Assembly (NCBI GenBank): GCA_963697165.1
Contig: CAVOMX010000022.1
Location: 1 to 64,000 of the forward strand
Direction of reading: 5' to 3'
Origin: Candidatus Bathyarchaeota archaeon
Lineage (GTDB): Archaea; Thermoproteota; Bathyarchaeia; Bathyarchaeales; Bathyarchaeaceae
DNA length: 64,000 nt
The translations under genes were made by a program, and so were the position numbers. The notes under the pieces are model-generated. The model was not told the DNA's origin. It searched no databases and saw only the letters and a program-made list of their open reading frames with translations. Below, piece by piece: positions 58,866 through 64,000 of the stretch. Each line of letters starts with the position of its first letter. Within the stretch, counting starts at the first letter, position 1.

Positions 58866-59912
58866 ATGGAGCGTATAACTATGGCTCATGGAGCCGGCGG
58901 AACCGTTATGGGCGATCTTATAAAAAACCATGTTTTGAAGCATCTTGGCGGAAGCAGCGCTGAGGTTCCGCTGGAAGCACTAGATGATTCTGCGGTGGTA
59001 GATAACATAGTTTTGAAGTCGGATTCTCATGCTGTAAAGCCCCTCTTCTTTCCGGGCGGGGACATTGGACGGTTGGCTGTCGCGGGCACAGTTAACGATA
59101 TTGCGATGATCGGCGCTGAGCCGTTGGCTCTTACCTGTGGTATGGTGCTGGAGGAAGGGCTTCTAATAGCAGATTTGGATCGTATCTTGGAGAGCATGGA
59201 GCAAGCATGCAAAGAGGCTGGCGTGTATGTTGTTACTGGGGATACTAAGGTTATTGAGAAGAGCGGTTTTGGAGGCTGCATCATCAATACTTCGGGAATA
59301 GGGAAACGGGGTGAGGCGCTGGAAACTAACATCCGTGAGGTTAGGAAGCACCGTCGATTCGATTCGCGTTGGGTCCTAGACTCTAACCTGCGAGAGGGCG
59401 ACAAGCTGATAGTTTCAGGCACAGTTGGAGACCACGGAATAACCATTTTGTCGGCTCAGGAGGGCTACAATTTTGGAAGCAACATCAAATCTGATGTGGC
59501 GCCCCTGAACAAAGTAGTCAAGAAGTTGCTTTTGGTTGGCGGAATCGTTGCCATGAAGGATCCGACTCGGGGTGGCTTGTCTAACTCGTTGAATGAGTGG
59601 AGTACAAAGTCGAATGTTGGTTTGATGGTGCAGGAGTCGAAAGTGCCTGTGAGGGGTGACGTGAGGGCTGCCTGTGAAATGCTTGGTTTAGACCCCATGG
59701 AGATTGGAAACGAGGGCAAAGTGCTCATTGGCGTTGTGGCGCAGAAGGCTGAAGAAGTTTTGGCGGCACTAAAAGCGACTAAAGAAGGCAAGGATGCCCA
59801 GATAATCGGAGAAGCAACAGGCGACTTCAGCGAGGTTGTTATTGAAACTGTTGTGGGCGGAAAACGAATCATGTCTCCTCCAATCGGAGACCCAATCCCA
59901 AGAATCTGCTAA
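58866..59912 (+). CDS. hypE: Hydrogenase maturation protein HypE
   Basis: MAHGAGG, PLFFPGGDIG.LA..GTVND, GDTKV, KDPTRGG, NEGK and C-terminal PRIC. Confidence 0.96.
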   Translation: MERITMAHGAGGTVMGDLIKNHVLKHLGGSSAEVPLEALDDSAVVDNIVLKSDSHAVKPLFFPGGDIGRLAVAGTVNDIAMIGAEPLALTCGMVLEEGLLIADLDRILESMEQACKEAGVYVVTGDTKVIEKSGFGGCIINTSGIGKRGEALETNIREVRKHRRFDSRWVLDSNLREGDKLIVSGTVGDHGITILSAQEGYNFGSNIKSDVAPLNKVVKKLLLVGGIVAMKDPTRGGLSNSLNEWSTKSNVGLMVQESKVPVRGDVRAACEMLGLDPMEIGNEGKVLIGVVAQKAEEVLAALKATKEGKDAQIIGEATGDFSEVVIETVVGGKRIMSPPIGDPIPRIC

Positions 59913-60047
59913 CCGACATCATCTGATGGCGGCTAAGATTTGGTTCAAATCCACAAATGATTTCTTGTTTGTTTTCTTTCGGTTTTTATACAAGTTTACC
60001 TTCAATGGGTCATGGATGTGACATTCAAGATGGCCGGTGAATTTGAG

Positions 60048-60200
60048 ATGCGGATTGGATTACTAAATTTTGATGGTGACACGGCAGCTAAGATTATGCA
60101 GTTGATTACCGAAGCAGGTAAACAGTTTCCTTGTTTAAAATGTCCTTCGAAGAGTGAATGTGAAAACTTTAAGTGGTTTCTGAATTGGTTTGGGAAATAA
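60048..60200 (+). CDS. Small Cys-containing hypothetical protein
   Basis: MRIGLLNFD...FPCLKCPSKSECENFKWF; GGTGA SD-like sequence upstream. Confidence 0.55.
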   Translation: MRIGLLNFDGDTAAKIMQLITEAGKQFPCLKCPSKSECENFKWFLNWFGK

Positions 60201-60278
60201 ACTCATCCCATCCATCACTTGCATCGTTATTATAAACACCTTACTTTGTGTTTCATGTGCCCTGTTGTCTGCTGAGTC

Positions 60279-60597
60279 ATGGAAAAGCCCCAGTTTTTAG
60301 ACAAAAATATGTCAAAAAAGTTGGTCTCATCTCAGTTACATGATGTTCATGCTTTCGACAAACTATATCTTCCACTGTATCTAAATGATATATTCCCCGA
60401 GTTGGGGAGCACGCTCGGGTATTGCATCGAAGCAATTGAGCATACGGGTCAAAACGGCTGAAGGCTGGTATGCGCCAAAGACTCTGCTTCGAAGGGCTGG
60501 TCAATACCTAAAGTGCAATGCGTATAGGCATCGAGTGCGCCAACCAAAAAGGCTGAACGAGACGCGCACGACAAAAACGATGTCTAACCGGGCCTAA
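60279..60597 (+). CDS. Possible hypothetical protein split by a frameshift near 60447
   Basis: Two overlapping ORFs (60279-60461 and 60385-60597) could be joined; no family recognised. Confidence 0.3.
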
Positions 60598-60703
60598 CAT
60601 GCACCAAGGGCTTAGACTCAACTCGGGGAATTCTATTTTCTGCAAATTTTTGGTTAACTTTGTTTGGCTGAAGATGTTTTTTCTTAACTCGTAATATGCT
60701 GTT

Positions 60704-61284
60704 TTATATTATGAAATTCCAGCCTGAGTTGTGGCCGTGCCAGAAGAATTCGTGGAGTTCTCCGAGGCTTCTGAAGCCAAAATTGTTTTTGATCGATTTG
60801 CATAGCTCATTAAAGTCGACGTAGTGGTCGGCTGTCTTCACGTTCAGTTCGACAATTTGCCAGTCAACTACATGCGTCAGAAAGTCTTCTATTCCCTTCA
60901 CAACATTCTCATGATAGATGGTGTACTCGTCATTGTTTACTGCAGCAAGCAGCTGGGAGGCAATACAGGGATCAAAACCCTCAATGTCAAGCACATTCTG
61001 TAATCTTTCTTTGAAAGGCCGCACTCCAAGGAACAGGTCAAAAAGCTTCAGTTTTACTTCGTTAAAGTCGTTTCCTGTTACTATCCTGTCAGCGGTTTGT
61101 TTGGAAACGCTTTTTGGCAGAAACAAGTTACTTAATAGCAATGCTTTGAATTCATCAGCGGTTATGTTCGTCAACTCCACGGTTAATTTTGGTTTCAGTT
61201 TTGCGGATCGGATATCATGCCAGATAACGTCGGGGTAATGGTATCCGCCATTCTGAACCGTTCAAGAACCTCATTAACATTCAT
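60704..61284 (-). CDS. Hypothetical helical protein with an HhH-like segment (frameshift near 61260)
   Basis: MNVNEVLER/VQNGGYHYPDVIWHDIRSAKLKPKLTVELT... joins the 158 aa ORF; 'IEGFDPCIASQLL...EYTIY' and 'LGELHEFFW'. Confidence 0.65.
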
Positions 61285-61353
61285 GGTATTTCCTCTTCAA
61301 GAACAGTCAACAAACAATAATTAACTGTTCTTCCAGCAGATATAAGCCTTAGT

Positions 61354-62448
61354 TTACCGTAGCTTAGTTACTTTATGTTTTGCCCAGATTCTACATGTGC
61401 CCTCATTCGAAACCATACACGCGCCTTTCGGAGCCTCTGGAACACAACTTGTCAAGTAGCTGGGGCACTCAGGCGGCTTAATCTTCCCAATCATAACCAG
61501 ATGGCATAGACAGCCCTTCAAAATGTCTCTAGAATCTTCTATATGCAGATCATACTTTTTGCGTGCATCATACGCAACAAACTCCTTCTTTAGTACCAAC
61601 GCCGACTTTGGAAGCTTTCCAAGTCCCCGCCACCTGCCATCCGCAACATCAAACACCTGCTCCACCAACTGTTGAGCCTTAACGTTGCCTTCCCACGTAA
61701 CAACACGTTTATACTCATTCTCAAGCCTCGCCACGCCCTCCTTCACCTGCTGCAGTAGCATGTCGATGGCAAAAAGAACATCCAAAGGCTCAAAACCCGC
61801 AACCACCGTTGGCATCCCATACGCTTTCGGAAACACCTCATAGGGCTTCATTCCAGTAATCGTCGAAACATGACCCGCCGCAATAAAGCCGTCAATATGC
61901 AAATCTCCAATACCCAAAAGCAGCTCCATCGCAGGAGGAATCAGCCTATGAGAAACAAGAAAACTAAAATTTTCTGGAGGCTTACCTAAAACTTCGATGG
62001 CAGTTGTCGGAGACGTAGTTTCAAACCCAACAGCAAAAAACACAAACTCTTTGTCAGGATTCTTTTGTGCTATCTGAATGGCGTCTCGTAAACTGTAAAC
62101 TATTCGCACATCTCCCCCCGACGCTTTAGTTTCTTGAAGAGACGTTTCTGAACCCGGAACACGAATAAGGTCGCCGAAAGTGGTGACGGTTACACCCTTT
62201 TTTGCTAGGGCTATTGCTTCGTCAATGTCTGATGCTGGAAGAATACAAACTGGGCATCCTGGACCAGCAATAACATCCACGTTGTATGGAAGAATAGAAC
62301 GAAGCCCAAAATGGGTTATAGTCCACTCGTGGGTTCCACAGACGTGACAAAACTTTGTTGTGTAGTCAGGAGCAATTTTTTTTATGTGCTCTGCAACCTT
62401 TTTTGCCAAAACGGGGTCTCTGAAGTTGTCCGTGTTTGCTGTTTTCAC
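61354..62448 (-). CDS. hypD: Hydrogenase maturation protein HypD
   Basis: HVCGTHE, GPGCPVC, GFETT and G.CMVS.EG.C; GTG start overlaps the hypA stop. Confidence 0.96.
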   Translation of the reverse strand: MKTANTDNFRDPVLAKKVAEHIKKIAPDYTTKFCHVCGTHEWTITHFGLRSILPYNVDVIAGPGCPVCILPASDIDEAIALAKKGVTVTTFGDLIRVPGSETSLQETKASGGDVRIVYSLRDAIQIAQKNPDKEFVFFAVGFETTSPTTAIEVLGKPPENFSFLVSHRLIPPAMELLLGIGDLHIDGFIAAGHVSTITGMKPYEVFPKAYGMPTVVAGFEPLDVLFAIDMLLQQVKEGVARLENEYKRVVTWEGNVKAQQLVEQVFDVADGRWRGLGKLPKSALVLKKEFVAYDARKKYDLHIEDSRDILKGCLCHLVMIGKIKPPECPSYLTSCVPEAPKGACMVSNEGTCRIWAKHKVTKLR

Positions 62449-62828
62449 TTCTCTTTCCCTTTGACCATTTTTATGCTCTTTATTGTGCATTCTTTGCCTT
62501 CAACAATTTTTGCTGTTTTTTTGCATTTGGGGCATTGAAGGGTTGGAATTGGTACATGATACGCTGGGTCATCTTCGAATGGTATTGCTCCTCTGTAGCC
62601 GCAGCTGCCACATTCTATGACGCCGTCTTTTTCTTCGATGAAAAGCTTTGAGCCTTTCATGATTGTGTCCTCCGCCAATATTTTGTATGCGAAACGAACC
62701 TGATCGACACCCAGATACGTCATTTTGCCTATAACAACATAAACTTCCGTGACCTTTTTTGCGTCATGCCTTTTTGCTTCTTCTAAAACGTTTTCGATGA
62801 TTTGTGTGGTCATGGAAAGCTCATGCAC
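62445..62828 (-). CDS. hypA: Hydrogenase nickel metallochaperone HypA
   Basis: MHELS, CGSC and CPKC. Confidence 0.96.
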   Translation of the reverse strand: MHELSMTTQIIENVLEEAKRHDAKKVTEVYVVIGKMTYLGVDQVRFAYKILAEDTIMKGSKLFIEEKDGVIECGSCGYRGAIPFEDDPAYHVPIPTLQCPKCKKTAKIVEGKECTIKSIKMVKGKEK

Positions 62829-62848
62829 TTTGTAGACATGCTCCCAAG

Positions 62849-63538
62849 TTATAGTTCTAATGCTTTAATCAATTCGTCAACGCCTTCCCCGCTTAAGGCG
62901 TTAGTAACTGCAACCTTCACGTCAGGTTTTATCTCTTTAACCTGTGTTTCTAGCTGTTTGGTGTCTATCTTCATTATTTGGGCTAGGTCCTTCTTGTTTA
63001 TTACCATCACGTCAGCATTCATGAAAGTGAATGGATGCTTTACAATCATGTATGGTCCCTCCGTGACGCTGACAACAACAACCCGTTTGTCTGTGCCCAA
63101 CGGAAACTCGGCGGGACAGATTAGGTTCCCAACATTTTCGATAATCAACAAATCAAGGTCTTTTAGGCTGATTCTTTCCACAGCCCTTGCAACAACATTC
63201 GCGTCCAAGTGGCATTCTCGTCCCGTGTTGATTGTTAGAACCTGAACTCCGTGGCGTCCAATGCGTTCGGCGTCTATTGTTGTGGTTAGGTCGCCCTTGA
63301 AGACTGCGATTCTATATTTCTGTTTTAGTTTTTGGACAAGTTTTTCGATTAGGCTGGTTTTTCCTGCGCCTATAGAGCCCATGATGTCAATGGCTTTTAC
63401 ATGGTGTTTTCGTAGAAGTTCCATGTTTTTTTGGGCAAGCTGCTTGTTGACTTCCAGAATGTTCATTCCAGGCTCTATCTCAAGGGTTACTTCTTCGCCT
63501 TTTATTACGTCCTTGGTGTTCGTCAAAGCATTTTGCAC
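62849..63538 (-). CDS. hypB: Hydrogenase nickel incorporation GTPase HypB
   Basis: GSIGAGKT, NTG.ECHLDA, ENVGNLICPA and NK.D. Confidence 0.96.
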   Translation of the reverse strand: MQNALTNTKDVIKGEEVTLEIEPGMNILEVNKQLAQKNMELLRKHHVKAIDIMGSIGAGKTSLIEKLVQKLKQKYRIAVFKGDLTTTIDAERIGRHGVQVLTINTGRECHLDANVVARAVERISLKDLDLLIIENVGNLICPAEFPLGTDKRVVVVSVTEGPYMIVKHPFTFMNADVMVINKKDLAQIMKIDTKQLETQVKEIKPDVKVAVTNALSGEGVDELIKALEL

Positions 63539-63539
63539 C

Positions 63540-63764
63540 TTAACATTGGTTTTGTTCCAGCAACTCTCGCCACATCTTCAGGCTCTCTTCAGCAGCCTTT
63601 TGGTCTAACTTTTCGATTGCGTATCCCGCATGAACTAGCACATACTCGCCTACATGAGCGTCCACTAGCATGACGTTTACTTCTAGGGCAACTCCCTGCC
63701 CAAAATCTACCTTGGCGACGTCTCCATTAACTTCAAGAACTTTTGCCGGAATCGCAAGACACAT
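63540..63764 (-). CDS. hypC: Hydrogenase chaperone HypC
   Basis: MCLAIPAKV...GEYVLVHAGYAI. Confidence 0.97.
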   Translation of the reverse strand: MCLAIPAKVLEVNGDVAKVDFGQGVALEVNVMLVDAHVGEYVLVHAGYAIEKLDQKAAEESLKMWRELLEQNQC

Positions 63765-64000
63765 CTTAATTATCCCCTATCAGTTCGGAACTTTTATCCA
63801 AAACTTTTTGTGATACTGAAAAGTGTCTGATTTCCCCTTTTATTTAACCTATTGGTTTTTTCTACGCGCATTAAAAAAAGACTGCCAAAAACGTGCAAAT
63901 CTTATTTTTTTATTTTATCCTGAGGGAATGAGCCAATCTTTTTCGTTGCAGTTCGGGCATTTCAGATTGTATGCCACCGTTGCTGTGGGAACAGGGTCTG

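Noticed and set aside
12285..63673. Numerous antisense or overlapping ORFs in the track (e.g. 12606-13076, 14149-14661, 17708-18385, 18607-19233, 43305-43766, 51903-52376, 62802-63245)
   Set aside because: They are shadows of well-supported genes on the opposite strand or in another frame and have no recognisable motifs.

Overview
This is an archaeal chromosomal segment. Unsplit Rpo2, fused Rpo1, rpl30e-nusA, an archaeal CCA enzyme, a GPN GTPase, a D-arm tRNA intron and HdrA-MvhD suggest Bathyarchaeia or another TACK lineage (inference). (1) 1-11.3 kb is an AT-rich accessory patchwork: a NuoE-like gene, two Lrp regulators, DUF998, MFS, UbiA, an ABC-2 exporter, orphans and gene stumps. It carries three decayed copies of one repeat (two ending in a tRNA-3'-end-like segment). 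It also carries a 13-7-13 inverted-repeat site, as full and half copies, between gene modules. (2) 11.6-37.5 kb is core: PadR, ZupT, a five-gene split glutamate synthase operon, cca-thpR, CoaE-like kinase, rnz-trm11-prs-HMGR, an alkA pseudogene, radical SAM genes, tRNA-Lys(TTT) with a 16-nt intron at 22/23, AlaDH, thrC and tRNA-Asp. (3) 37.6-43.1 kb is an arsenic locus (arsR, acr3, arsM, second arsR, ferredoxin). It has two Cys-rich small ORFs missing from the ORF track, one with ArsD-type CCxxxxC spacing. (4) The rest is cobT/cobZ, the RNA polymerase operon without rpoH or rps12, an hdrA-mvhD fusion with a polyferredoxin, and hypE/hypCBAD. Many 1-bp frameshifts near both window ends look like read errors. 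All calls come from reading sequence and motifs by eye; no searches were run.
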